Source: Yuukianura sp. NJ FZ-2021
Lineage: Eukaryota
Direction of reading: 5' to 3'
Assembly (NCBI GenBank): GCA_046563655.1
Contig: CM102290.1
Coordinates: 7,750,001 to 7,814,000 of the forward strand
Length of the DNA stretch: 64,000 nucleotides
Below are positions 26,762 to 40,759 of this stretch, one piece after another. The notes beneath the pieces were generated by a model. That model saw only the letters and a program-made list of their open reading frames with translations, had not been told where the DNA came from and did not search any database. A program made the translations under genes and the position numbers. The stretch's first letter is position 1; every line of letters begins with the position of its first letter.

Positions 26762-29700
26762 TTGACCGTTACTGTAAACATGTTAAATTTAAAAATTAAT
26801 TAAGAGTTACTCACAAGAAGCGTCTCGTGTTAGACTTTGCTTACATTCAAGTAAATTTCGTTGTGACTTTACCTTGCTTTGTTTTTCCAGGGAACGGAGC
26901 GTCAAATGTCAAAGGTTACTTCTACTTTGCGCTGTTCGATCTGAAGAGACAATTTCTCAGGACCAAGTCCTGTAGAGTTTGATTTGAAAATGAAGTTTTA
27001 GAATTCCTTCAAACAGTTAAAAGAACCAGCTCAAGCTGCTATTCAGGGGGGAAAAACAGACTAATCTTAGGTTTGTTTTCCTATTCTAACCAGATTACTC
27101 TTAGATGAACCTTTGGAACATAAGATTAAGGGTCAAACAATTCAAAGGGCATTTAAGTCCTCCTTGTTAACCAGCCTTTGCTCTTGGGTTGACAACTTCT
27201 ACAAACAGCTCAAGACAACGCGGACTGCAGTATATATGATAACACGTGGAAACAAAGACGTCAATGTTCTGCATAATGGAAATCAACAATCGCCCAGCAA
27301 CCTGAGAAACATGTTATAAATATTTCAGGATTGACAAAATGACGTCGAATTCGGAAGAATGACGTTGGTAACTGAAACATGTGAAACGCGTTTATAGACA
27401 ACATTGTTTGGTAATTTTTTTTTGTATTTCTTATACGCACAACAACTAAAAAGAAGAGCCAGCCTTTAACCATCATGATTTTGATCAGCGTCATTGTTCT
27501 GAATCAAAATGATCCCACATTGGATCTTTTTGACGCGGCATAGTTGACGAAAAAGCCTTACGTTACACGTTTTGGCTTAATGTATGACCCGATAACCAAA
27601 ACAGAGCGAGTATAAGTATGATGAGAACGGAGGTCCAATGACGAAAAGTATTATTTATTCAATTGCGAGTCGCAGTGACCTGTATGTCGTAAAAGTAAAT
27701 TCCAAATTTGCTTGTTAGCGACACTGTATTATTTTCTTTAAATTATAACTTGAAAAGGAGTTTGACATTTAAAAACCCAATAAAAACTTTTTTGATAGAG
27801 GAATTGTATGCTACAGAATAACTGTAAACTGGTTGGGGATGCAGCGGCACCTGTTATATTAATTAATTCAATTGATTTCAAAAGATGCCGCCGATTTGTT
27901 TTCAAATTTTTAGAGATTCATTGTCTGCATTGCTGCTGGATACGTCAATTGTCCTGTATCCTGGAAGTACACGTGTATTTGAATTGGTTTAACAAGCTCT
28001 GTTTACAACACCTTCAGAGGCCTAAAATTGACAATTCTTTAATATTTACTCTCCGTCAATCAACGTCTTTCCAACGGGGAATAGTTTTTTTTAGATTCAA
28101 CAATTTCAAAAACTAGGTCACCTAGATTTAGAATTTTTTTAAACTTCAAGACATTTCAAGGGAAAGGGTAAATAAAAAAAATTTAGAATTGGTGCATCAA
28201 AATACCCGAAGAATTTTATTGCTCAATTCTGGTATAGTAACTTATTTAAACAATTTTTAGCTTTTTTCCCCCCTAAATCTATTGTATGTTTTTTGAGAAA
28301 AGGAAAATTCAATCTGTGTGATCCACTTAAAAGTGAGTAATGCGCAGGAATTCGGGGCTTAGCAAGCGCCCTGCCGTTACGTTCTATGCTCATGCGCATC
28401 ACGCTCACGACCCCTTCGCCTTCCTACGGTCGGACACTTTGAACATTTAATTATTATAGTTTTGCAGAAGGGCTTTAGAATAATGGGACTTGAAAGATTC
28501 CAAAGTGAAATTGAACAGATCTGTTGCTTTTCTCTCCTAAGCAACCAAAGGAGCGGCAATGGAGGAGGAAGGGCGGGTACTTTGAATTATTAGTTGAAGC
28601 TTATGAGGCAAAGGGACTCCTTGGTCTTCGTGTGAGAACGACTCACCTCAACTGGTGAAATGATATTTGTTCAAGAAGTTTTCTTTTTCAAAAAATAAGT
28701 TAAAAAAGGCTCTGATTTAAGGTTTCCTCCACTTGACCCCTTACTGGGCTTTAACAAAAAGCTTCAAGTCAACTTCTTTTAATTTTCTCCTCAAAAACCG
28801 ACTTTTTCTAACCAAAATTCAAAAAAATTTGTGGAAGAGGTGGATCCATTTTATTTATTTAAAAAAAAGTCAAAGATGAAGCTGACGGTGTTTGGTTTGC
28901 ATGGTGTGGCCGTCGCGTCGTGGCGGCGATGGTGGCATCGGCTCCACCTCCGCCCCTTTTGGAAACAACTATTTTATGATCTTGCGACAGTTTTGATGGG
29001 CTTCAAAAGTATGGAATGAACAGAATGCTGGAAAGTAAGTAACAAAAGATGACGTTCAAAATTACTTCGAGAAATATACACTCATCATCCAGTCTCCTCT
29101 CTTTTGGGAACAATTTTTTTTTGAAAAGGTGAAAAACAAAATGGGCCTGTTGCTCTCAGTCTACATCTTCCAAAATCTTTTGTTCTGTTTTTGGTCTCTG
29201 GGCGAATGGTGGTAACCTTTGACGCCTTCAGACTCCGCGTCCCTTGTAATATTTTTTTGTACTTTTGCGCCAACATAACAAGGGAACTTGACCGCCCTGA
29301 ACTCTTTGTTCTTTTATGTCTTTACCCCGTTTCCAACCGTCATCTGGGGTCACAGGTCCACTGAATTCAAAAATCGTTACTTCAGCGAAACGATTCCAAA
29401 CGTCCAGCATTCACAAGACAATTGGTTGACCCTTGAAAAAAGATTGACTTGTGAGTTCCTCATACCCATTAACCTGTAAGCGTCTTCACCTATTGAGAAC
29501 CGCAGAGAGAAAAAATGACATTCCTGGAAGGTACCCTTAACATGTTAGGTTGAAGTATACATGCATTTAGTAGGTGTGAGTGAACCTTCAAAGAAATTCC
29601 AACCAGAATCAGTGTCATCTACTTCATTAGGCAAACAGAAGCTCTTAATTCACGACCTGCACACTTAAAATTCTTGGCAACATTTTCACCCTAACCCTAA

Positions 29701-32700
29701 AAAATTCATTCAATCAGAGCACGCAGCAACGCATAAACTAAAAAGTTTCCACGAAAAATCTTTACTAAAATAGCTACTTTTCTTTTCTAGGATTTCTCTT
29801 TCTACGAATTCAAAATTTTCTGAATTCTTTCAAGAAAAGGAACAACAGATTTACTTTTTTAAAAAGAAATCGTTACTGTAAACTAAAGTGACGATTTGAG
29901 TTAAATTTGAAACATTTAATCTGCGTCAGAGGTAGTAAACGACATGCATCATAGAATTTTTGGAGCAGATGTAACTTTTGAGATCGATTGAAAAGTTACC
30001 GCCACAAATTAAGTTTCAAATTACTCCAAGGTAGGTTTTTTTTCTAACAGTTTATGAGTTTACGATTTGCAAAGAGAAATGAAACCTATATGGTTTAAAA
30101 AATGTACGTGTCAGTTGACCATAATAAATACCCAATGAAAACTAGATTTTCCATTCATTCTGATCAATTTATAGCAAGATCTTCTTTTTTTCTGTGCAAA
30201 AGTGGTTTTGTTAGACCATATGGCTTCTTGGCAGTTAAGATTTGTTTGAATGGATCTCAATAATTGCAAGAATGATGAGGTTCTGGTTTGTAATGAAGAT
30301 GGGTCAATTGGGTATGTGATGTTGAGGTCTATGGCCCTAGTCCATTGAAACATTTTAAAGAAGGAGTGTAGGGCCTTAAGGCCCTCAAAAGAATTAGTGT
30401 CCGTAATTATAAGTACCCGCACTCCATTCATACCTTTTACGCCAAATTTTCCACTTGAGAACCAGAGAGAGGAGGAGGAGGCGTTGATCTTCTTCAAAGT
30501 GGTCCTTACCGCCATGAAATCTTTTTGTGAAACATTCCATTGTGGCTGACTCAGGCGATTGGCATTCCGAAATTTCTCAAAAAAAAGAAATGTCTAATCC
30601 CTTCTGCTGTCATTGTTTTTAAACGTTGTGACAACTCCTACTTTCAATTGGAAATATTTTGGTTCAAAGTGGAAACTTTTTTAAGAAAATGAAAAGTTTC
30701 CCAGAAATTTCAGGTTGGACGTTTTTTAGTTGCTAAAAAAAGTGTCCTAAAAGTACCAAAAATGGACCCTTGAGTGTTCAAAAATGACGTTGACCTTTGG
30801 CTTTTTAGGAATTTTAAGAATTTTTAGTTTTGACAGCATTCCTCCTGTTCTAAAAAAGTTTAAACAAGTGGAGGATTAAGAAATAAGAATGAAAGGTGTG
30901 TGGTGAACAGAAGAAAGTCAATAGGACCCTGGAGTGTGGATCGTAAAACCGTCAGTCCTCACAACGTTGGTTCAACATTTGAACCCTTTACTTTTTAGAA
31001 TGTAAATTTTATGAAGTAATCCACAAGGAAAAACCTAAAGTAATCATCATACGTTCGTAGCGTCACGTAAAGGTTCAACTTATTTATAAAAACAAAAATT
31101 TCTAAAAACAAAAATTCCGTACAAATCTGTTTTGAACAATAAAGTACGAACTAATATGAAAGTTTTTTTTTTATTTTGAATTGAAATTGTTCCGGAACGT
31201 TAGAGATAAAAATTTTTGAAATTTTTTTGGCGTTGTGTTATTAAAACTCACTTTCTCTTTTTAATTAAAATTCAGCTGAAAACGAACGATTACTTGGAAA
31301 AAAGACAAATTTTGAAACGGAAGTGAAAGTGAAAGCTTGTCACTTTTTCAGTTCCGTGTACAAGAATAAGGTCAATTTCCGTGAAGTCTAATTCCATTCA
31401 CAGAAACATTTGTAACAATTAAAAGATTGACGGATAGGCTTATACTCTTCAACGTTGGTTCTAGTACTAATCGTTAGGTTAGTTTGGTTGAGTATACACA
31501 GCCAAACCGTAACCTAAATTTTCATTTTAGCAAAGAGGTTCTTGTGGTTATTGTATTACTGCAAGTTTTCACCAATTCCACTGAATTTTGGACCCCTTGT
31601 ATCACACAATTGCGTGACTTCATCCGATTCTCTCGTATTTTGGTTTCAAAGAAATTTTCTCTTACTTTTCCCCTCTAAACTGCATGATTGTTCCGGATAA
31701 TAAATGAGGTGTGATACGCCTTCACGTTGACATTAGGCTTATTCACACCGTCCTAGGAAATATCGCAACAAAAACTAATGAAAAATCGACTTTGCAGGTC
31801 TAATTTAGAGGAATGGAGGCGTCGGTGGTTCAACTTTCTCTTGCATTCCTCGCCATCTAGATGTTTACAACATCAACTAAACCTTTCCAAACTAAAGCAA
31901 ACTTGAATTTAACATTCTACAAATTCTGTCCGAATTTTTGTTTTCTGATTTTCCTAGATGGCGAAAGAAACTTCATCCTCATCTGAATTTTTACTAAAAA
32001 ATTAAAAATGGGAAGTTATGTAGAAAGTTAGCCCGCTTAGGATGCGGTATAGAAATGTTTGACTCAAGGGCCGATGTACTTATAAGATGCTACTTAGGTA
32101 TTCCATTCCTGTTCACCCAATTTAGAATGAAGGGACTGTATGGGATTTGTAGACTTTTAGTCGGATCTTTTCTTTGGTTGAAGAGATCTAAAACCAACAT
32201 TGATCTACCAACGGAGCCTTCAAGGGAGAATTGTACATGATCTATTTTCGCCACTTCCGGCTTCTGAAGTACTCCATTGCTCAACATTTTTGGAGTTTTG
32301 AGGCTTTATGTGTTTCAAAATTATTAACATTTTTCAAAAGTCGCAATGACTAAAAAGTTTAATGGGCCATGCCATAAAGCATGCCTTGTTGATTCTGGAC
32401 ACTTGAATCTTGAATTGAAAATCTGTCTTATTACACAGTTTGCTAAAACAGAAGTTATTCTGAAACTTTGCAACTACATTTGGAAAATGCGACAAGAGGA
32501 AGAGCGTGTGCGCAATTTCCAAATTTTGTCAAGCTTGTGCCCGTTTTATGACTTGTCCAAAAGTGAAACTGGAAAAGTTCAGACCTTGACGGTGATGAAT
32601 AACGCTTGTGACATTGGAGCTTGAAACGTGTGTCCAGGAAATTGAGAGTGGAAAAATCATGCTCATGACGAAGGTTTTCAAAAAGTCGGCTTGAAAGTTA

Positions 32701-35700
32701 AAAACAAAATGGAACATGGTAAGTCGTTGTTGGTCAGTTAAAAATCCTAGCATGAACTTAGAACCTTGGCAGTTTTCGGCGTCCAGCCTTATTGCTCGTA
32801 GGAAATGTGTTCATCATCTCCCTATTTTCCTGGAAGACGGTATTGTGGAAAGTGGATGTGGGATCAACGAAGCAGAAGGAACCTCAAGTGGGTTTTCCAT
32901 TCATCTTGTATCTGGAACTGGGAAGCCAAGTCCGAGATTGACTACAGCCTCCGTCCTATGAACTTTCTCCGCTTCATGTCATCACATTCACGTGGCTAAG
33001 GAGAAGCGACAGTTGATTATCAAATGGCAAATGGCTGCTCTTCAGCCAGTCACCACAACCATTCTGACAGGTCACAAACCTCTTCTTAATCTTCTTTCAA
33101 AGAGATCATCAAACGGGTACCAGGCGCCACGATCACCACCCTACCCTACAGACCCACGTAGCTTTTCAAGTCACGCCTCTTAGCCAATACAGCAGTTCAG
33201 CGACTATACTCGACTGGATTTTTTTTTAAATTGCAAAAAAGGGCGACTGACTTATAACCAAAAGTTAGAAAGAAAAATTTGGAACAATTAAAAATTTCAA
33301 ACTTTTTTGGAAGTATTAGAGAAGTTTTTGGTTTTGAAGTTATTTGATGTTGAAATTAACGAATTGGATGAAAAAACTTTCTACCTTTGAATTGAACTGA
33401 ATTATTGACTTTGACTTTTGACCTCCTTTCACTAAAGCGTTGGAATCCTTATGTCCACCTCTTGATCACAGCGTCCGAAAGCGCACTACCCAATTACTTT
33501 CAAGCGCTACTTCAAAATTAATTAATCCCATCAATCAATGGGTAGCAGAAAGGTTCTTCAGTTGAATTTGAGAATTGAATTTTTTGGTAAAAGTGACCTA
33601 GGTGGAATCACTTTTTTCTTACGATATTGAAGCAGTTATTCATTTTCAAAATTAAGATTTCAGGATAATGTTTTCATTTTGTTTTAATCAATGTTCAATA
33701 TATTCACGGTTTATTTTTGATACGACTGTTTTAGTTAGTCTTAAAAAATTTATCCTAAAATGATATGTATACTTCGAAAAATAGCAAAAGTTTTAAAGTA
33801 AAATTTAGAATGAAAGTTGAAAAAAAAAGACTAGTGCATTTACATGGTTTACCATCTACACAATAATCCACTGCATGTAGTCATTCACCCAACCCTTATT
33901 ACCGTATCAAAGCTAATGTGCAGTTCTGGTGAAAGTTCGTTTTCTCTTTCCCAGCCTCCACAACGTTAGCTTCTGGATCCAGACAAGCTGCAATGGAAAA
34001 TTAGGCTGGTAAAAGTTGTGAGGCTGACCTTTAATTGAGGTCAGAGGGAAAGTTGTTTACCTTTCCATAAAGTTGGGGCTTTTTAGTTGGCTGTAACGTT
34101 GTCTGACTGTCAGCAACCGGAGAGAGGAGAACAAAGGGCTAAAGTTTTAGACATATGAGTTTCCAAACCAAAAAGAACTTTTGGCACTCAATCCTCAAGT
34201 CCACGTCCCTTGAAATTAATTAAAGTTGAGTTTTTTATTAAATTTGGGCATGGAAAAGTCTGGCCAGATTTTGATGTAACTTTAGCCAAAGTTTTATTTA
34301 CATTTGATTCTCTTCTGCTTCAATGTATGCTAAGCACTCTAACTTCCAGAACTCAAAGGGATACTATTTTGCTACTTTCACTACACTAAAGTACATAAAT
34401 GATGAGAATAGGAATCTAATTACAGTGAAAGTCTTCCACCGTTTAGTGTAATAAAATAACGCACACCCATTTTAAACCGCTCTGCTCAAATTTGAAATTG
34501 TGTGGGAGAAACTGAATGTGGAAGGTCTTATACACGGAAGAGGTTTTTATTTGTGCAGTCCTTGTCTAAGTCCTCAGTCCCTTGGACCACTTTCCGGAAG
34601 TGGACTTCCTACGTTCTAAGCTTCCTCAAGGAAAAGTGGTTTTTAGGTTAGGTTCGTCTCTACAGAGATTTTAGGGTCTTATTAGCCTTGTTGACACGCA
34701 ATCCCACTGAGGAAGACGAGGGAAAGTTCCCGCGTCTTCTGGGAAGGAGATTAGACTAAATTGCACTTTCCCTTCTTCTTTTGTTCTCTCCAAAAAAAAA
34801 GAAGAAAAAGACGCAATTCCCAAATCCAACCAAAGTGCGATGAGAATTCGAAATGGGCCAAAAAAAAAGTAAGAGACACAAGTGGAACCAGAACGAGCCA
34901 GAGTTGGGCTTTTACCGGTTAGCAGCATGGAGTGTAAGCAGTAGTAAGTGAAGAAAGCCTAATATCCGCCGCCAAGGATTTGAACCCCAGGCGGTGTCCT
35001 TCTCCTCTGATTCGTCCGGCACAAATGAGGAGCACCCGCGTCTTTTCAAATTTTCTTGCTGAGATCATTTAACTGACTCTCAAGATGATAGTACTTGAAC
35101 AGCAGTTTTGGTCAAAACGAAAAACAAACTTTGGCAGGAAAACAAAATTTAAAAAAATTTTGTTGGAAAAATGTTTTGGAAGTGGAGAGAACACTGCGAC
35201 TGCTTACCTGTATTTTTCTCGACATCGGAGTATTGATGAACTGAATTTTTTGTGTTTCTAGCGTATTAGGTTTCTAATGTTGATGCGCTCCTGTTATTGA
35301 AAAATGACAAAAATGATAAATAATAGAAAAAGTACGGAGCAAAATCTAATATCAATTTTCCCTCACTCGAGCTCCAGATAATACATCCGCCTCCAGGAAC
35401 AACTAGGAAGAACAAATTGGTCGCCTGGAAGTAAAATATAAACCTATTTTTGAACTTTTTTTTTAAATTTTAACAATTTTTTTTGAAAATATGTTAAAAC
35501 CGTAAGGCTCTTACGTCTAAAAATTGAGTGACATTGATTTAATAAGCCAGACAGGGCAGGAGGAAGTGGCGAGATAATTAAGGATTTGCAGCAAGAGGAT
35601 GGAGTATTTCGTTGTTGTTGTTTAAATAAATAACAGCTCTACGCTGAAGTCGGAGCAGTGATGACGCCGTTGAGGACGAAACCATTTTAAGGAACGATTG

Positions 35701-37427
35701 GGCTTCCTAACGACTTTCCCTTGCTTTCTTTCCAGTGCTGGAACAGCAGCTTACTACTTCGTCCAATCCCCCTTCCTACATCATCCTTCTGTCATGTGTA
35801 GTGGAGAACGTAGGCTTTCGTCCTAGCTCAACCTCCAACTAAAACGGAGGTCATAAAATAAGAAGACGGTTCAGTTCAAATGAGCAGTACGTTTGAAACT
35901 TACTGGAACAACACTGCCAATTTCTAGTTTTTTCTATTTTCAAAAAAGAACTGCCAAACGCGAAGCTCAACATTGGTTCAACTGTTGCGAAAAACATCCG
36001 AATTTAAGAAGAACATTTAATTTTTTTACACAAACAGAAGTCTCATCCAGAATTTTGGAAAAGTAGTGTTCGAACATTGAAAAAAAAGCATGACCTTAAT
36101 GAAGTGTGAGTGTTAGACTTTGAGAAAGTGAACAGTGACGCTCTGAAGGAGAAAACTGTAGAATATTTGTTACCTTTTTTTGAGAAACGAAGAAAGTTCA
36201 ATTTGAAGAAGGAAGGAGGTAAGTGATGTCTGGAGAGTCTTCTGTATCAATCCAGTTTATTGTTCCAAGAACAGGGAAAGTGCTCATCTTTTCTTTGGAA
36301 AATAATAGAGTTTCCAAGTTGTATGAATTTTTATCGTAGGTTTCAAGTTTACAACCTTCTGTTTTCTCCTGAGAGAAGATGGGCATTCTGAGCACCAAGC
36401 CAGTTGAAATATGTATGCCAGTATGTGGCTTAGTGAAGTAGTTGTTGGTTCCTCCAAACTGCTTTGATGTTTCGTAAGCACTTAGATGATGTCTATAATA
36501 AACCGTTCATCACAGAGGTTTCATTATTGCCTTGGATTTGAATACAACTTTCTCTTTAACGTTTGCCTAACGGTGATGTGTCACCACAACAAAACTCGGC
36601 TACAGTTATCGTCAAAGCATTAAAGCAGTTACCTAATAAACTTGTACAGGAGAAAATATTTTGAAAAGAGAGCAACACAAGAAATTAACAAAAAAGTTTT
36701 AAAAAACTAATTTTTTAATTTAAGGTGAAAGTTAGGAGCAGGAGTCTGAAAAGGCTGTTTTTGCAACAACTTTTCTCCTCAAAGTTCCTAATAGGCTTCG
36801 GGAGGATACAATTGATGGAAATTTTTTTTGTCAAATTTATTTATTTTTTCCACAAAAGTTTTGGAAAAGTTGTAAAGCTGCTGATTAAGTGACATATTTT
36901 TAGTCTTGGTTATTGTAAACAGTGATTCTGACAAGGAGCAGAAAAAAGGTTCCCAGTTTCTAGCCACTAATGAGAGAAAGTAATCCCTAGGCACCAGCAT
37001 CCAGCAGTAAGCTTGATCTCAACAACTTTAACATTCAAAACCTTTCTCTCTTCCAAAAAAAAAAGTTCAAAATTTTCAATGCAAAAAAAAGTTGATAGCG
37101 CCGTTAAATAAAAAGTTTGTTCTTCTTTTCACTACTTTTTCATTTAAAACGTTCCATGGCGAGTTCAAAATTCCAAGCCATTTCACAGTTCCTAGCCAAT
37201 TTCTCTACAAGAACTTTGGCATTTGTAGCCCCCTGCACTTCCTCAACGTCAGTCACCGTCGTCGTATCTTAATCCTCCACTTTCACTCACTTTCCACGTG
37301 TCACTTTACTCTTTTGACACAGCCTTTACATTTGAAAACATATTTATTATATTTCATACTTAACTTTTTTATACATATATTGATTTATTCAATCCCATTT
37401 ACCTCCTTTTCTACTCTCATAATTTCT

Positions 37428-37696
37428 GGTAGCACGCCATTGTATCAATTGAATTGTATCAACTGCCATTGCATCAACTGAATTGTGTCAATTTGAATTG
37501 TATCAACTGGTCAATTGTATCAACGACTAATTGTATCAACGAGTGTAATGCTTAGTTCAGCTTAGGTTAGGTTAGGTTACGTTGGTTGATACAAGTAGCC
37601 GTTGACACAATTGAGCGTTGATACAATTCAAATTGACACAATTCAGTTGATGCAATGGCAGTTGATACAATTCAATTGACACAATGGCATGGAACC
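37428..37696. mobile_element. Non-autonomous Mutator/foldback-like MITE, 269 bp, 9-bp TSD
   Basis: Long inverted arms built of TTG(T/C)(A/G)TCAA subrepeats; GG...CC ends; perfect direct repeat ATAATTTCT at 37419-37427 and 37697-37705; central (TTAGG)3 tract. Confidence 0.85.
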
Positions 37697-39056
37697 ATAA
37701 TTTCTATAATTGTGTGACTTCATCTGATATGGCATGAGTATTACACAAGAAATGGTCTCAGCATTGACATACAAAAATTGGACAACATTTCCTTTGAGTT
37801 TTAAAGTGGATAACAATTTCCAAGAAAGATTTTTACAGAAACGAGTCAGAAAAGGAACGTACAGAAAAACTTTTCAAAACTTTCTCCAATTCTGAAACGA
37901 AAGCGATATTTTTCCAGTTGCGCTTGTACACATAACAATGCAACTCAATACTTGGGTTTTTCCTTACAAAGAGTCACAAGCATAACGAGTGTGTCTACTA
38001 ACTTATGTTAAATGCAATAGTGGTGTAAAGTTTAGTTGGTTGAAAGGGTTTCGATAAAAACTACGCGCAACCTCGAATCCAATATTCAAAATTTGTCATA
38101 AATATTCAACCCCTTCAGTCACAGAGCATAGTTTTCTTTACGGTTCAATAATTATGATTGCTGCTGTTATCTGCTTGTTGATTTTCACAACATCCAAAAA
38201 TTGAACTTTTCCGAGAAAAGAAATCTACATAAAAAACACAAAGTAGAAAATTTCCATATAGTATGCATAAAAATATGAAACTAGGAAAAACAAATCGACG
38301 TTGAACCTCACTGGGCCATGCAGACCCATTGCTTGCAAATGGAGAAAGTTTTGGGAAGTGGTGGTTACTGGGTAAGGACTGACTAATCCTAAACAAAATC
38401 ATGGCTAAAACATAAGTTGAGACGTAGACATAGCAGCAGCATTGAAGTTTATGTTACCTATTATGATGTTTTACATTAATCTTCACAAAACGGAAGGAAT
38501 AACCTAACATATGTTGACTCAATTGTCAACATCGTATTGTGAAATTGTGATGACCCACTTCTCAAGCAGGCTCAACTCATCTCCATACTTTCACTTTGAC
38601 TGCTTAGCTTATGTTTCCATTGTATCCCACCGACTTTCCATCAAAATGGTGGGACTTGAGACCCCCGCCTTCAAAACCCACATTGTTCCACGCGTCATGT
38701 TTATGAAAGGTTATTATTCAGTCATAACTTAGTCACCAACGAAGACCACGCCCTTCAACCGCACTCCGAAGGAGAATATGTCTCTGTTAATGGTGATGTC
38801 ATGTGTCAGAATGAGACCCATTACGACCAATTTACTAACCCAAGTCAAACCTAGTCTAATTCCGTAAAACAGAGGATATTGTCAAACGTCTAGAGAAATG
38901 GAATTTCATTTCCTAAATCGGTAATTTATGCAACAAAAGTAATCTCCCAAAAAATTTTATGCGCCTACTCCCAACAACAGTTTCATTTTTTAAATTTCAA
39001 AATATAGCCCAAATAAACTAGCAGCAAGGTTGTTTAAAGTTTGTTTGTCTTTGTTA

Positions 39057-39272
39057 ACAGGTTATACCATAACTCATTTTTTCAAATTTTCAAATTCTTT
39101 GAAGCGCACATGTAATGCGGCTCCGTTGGGTTAGCCATTCGAAATCAAATCTATGAGTCAGCAAACGTGAAAATTCAAAAATTTCAAAAGATTATCGTGA
39201 AAACAAACAAAATTATTCCAAAAGTTGCTTTTTCGTGATTTTTTAAAAAATCGGAGTTATGGCATAACCTGT
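39057..39272. mobile_element. Small MITE with TA target-site duplication (Tc1/mariner-type)
   Basis: TIRs ACAGGTTATACCATAACTC / GAGTTATGGCATAACCTGT (19 bp, 1 mismatch), flanked by TA at 39055-39056 and 39273-39274; no ORF inside. Confidence 0.65.
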
Positions 39273-40759
39273 TAGCGCATTTGTATCAATGGGCGCTATA
39301 GTAACCTTGGACTAGTAGGTAATGAGCGGCACATAGTGCTTGGTTCTTGGATTCGGATACCACCTAGTTAGCGCTACACTTAATCAGAGTAACATTTGCT
39401 TTTTGAAATCGAAAGGTGTATAGCAACTATTCAATTATTTACAAATGCTTTTATGGCACAAGGTTTTTCAGCATCTTTGGAGCTCCTCTTAGAAAAACAG
39501 GAGTGTGTTCTAAAAAGTGGTTTCTGTCGTGGTGACGGGCTGCCTAATTTGGGTTTCAGCATTTCATCAAAACCTGAGGTAAAACTAGAGGTCTTGGTTC
39601 GTTAAGTTAGGAGATGCAGTAGGTTACGTTCGTCTATGATTTTCGGGTATGCCGAAGTCCAAATCCAGTTTAATAGTTTCCCTCATCTCCAAAATTTAAT
39701 TTTGTCTTTAACCTAATTGACTCATTTCAACCTTGCAGGAAGTTGCGAACCAGTGGAAGGGAGGATTTAATATTAAAGCACCATCATGTGCATGCTTTCA
39801 CTCTACAAAATTGAACTTCGTCTCAAAATTTCTCATTTAAAACCTTATATAAATTTTTGTCAAAGAGAACTTTGTCACCTTGAAATGAAACTTGAAAATT
39901 TTCAGCCTTTCAATTTAAAATTCTCAGGATAGACTCGGCACAGCCGGTCACATTGACTTTGGCACGGCGAGTGTCAATTCCCTTACTTTCTCTTTTTGCA
40001 CAAATTCAAGTTTTAAGCTTACGCGCTTTCGACAATGTTGGACAGCCATAGAGCAGTGGAGAAAGTCACTTGTTGCTTTCACTACAGCTATTCCATGGAG
40101 AGCTTTCATTGAATCAGGAGGCCGTAGAGGAAGCGGACATAACCCTTTAGGGACTTTTCATGCATTAGAAAGCAGAAACGTAAGTACCAAAGTACAAAAA
40201 GTTTTAAACAAAGTTTACCCAAGTTTTCCAAGTATGCTTAAAGACAAAGTATAGTTTTCATCCATCACAATCAAGAATAATTGTGTACTTTCCCATTCTT
40301 TGAAAAAATAACAATCGCTACAGTGGAAACAGTTCAAAGTCAAAGTCTTTACACTTTTGTTAGGTCAAAGTTCACACCAAAAGTTTTCTGAGCCATCTTA
40401 TGTGTAGTAAAGTTAACGTACTGTACGGAGACTGTTGACACTTTTGTTGTCAACAGACATAAGGGTATGCTTTCACCGATGGTAAAACTGACAAATTGGA
40501 GGACAGTTTTTGAGTGTGCTTTGAAGAGAGATCATTTTGGAGATCAAAAGGATGGAAAGACAGGCGGAGGCACTTGATATCCTCCTTGTCCTACCGATTC
40601 CTTGTTGTCGGTGGTAAAAGTGAAAATGGGAAATACACTTCTCACACTTTTTTGTCATTTTTCTTTTCAGAGACCTAAAGATCTAAAGAGGACTGAAGAA
40701 AGTGATTGTTACGTTTCAGATCTGTTCTTATCCTCGGAAGGGGAATCCAATGAAGGGAG

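Noticed and set aside
18400..30000. Scattered TTC-N3-GAA STAT-like sites as evidence of JAK/STAT control
   Set aside because: Such sites occur throughout the window at about the rate expected in AT-rich DNA and are not paired or clustered.
37562..37579. (TTAGG)3 as an interstitial telomere
   Set aside because: Only three units, and they sit inside a TSD-flanked MITE.
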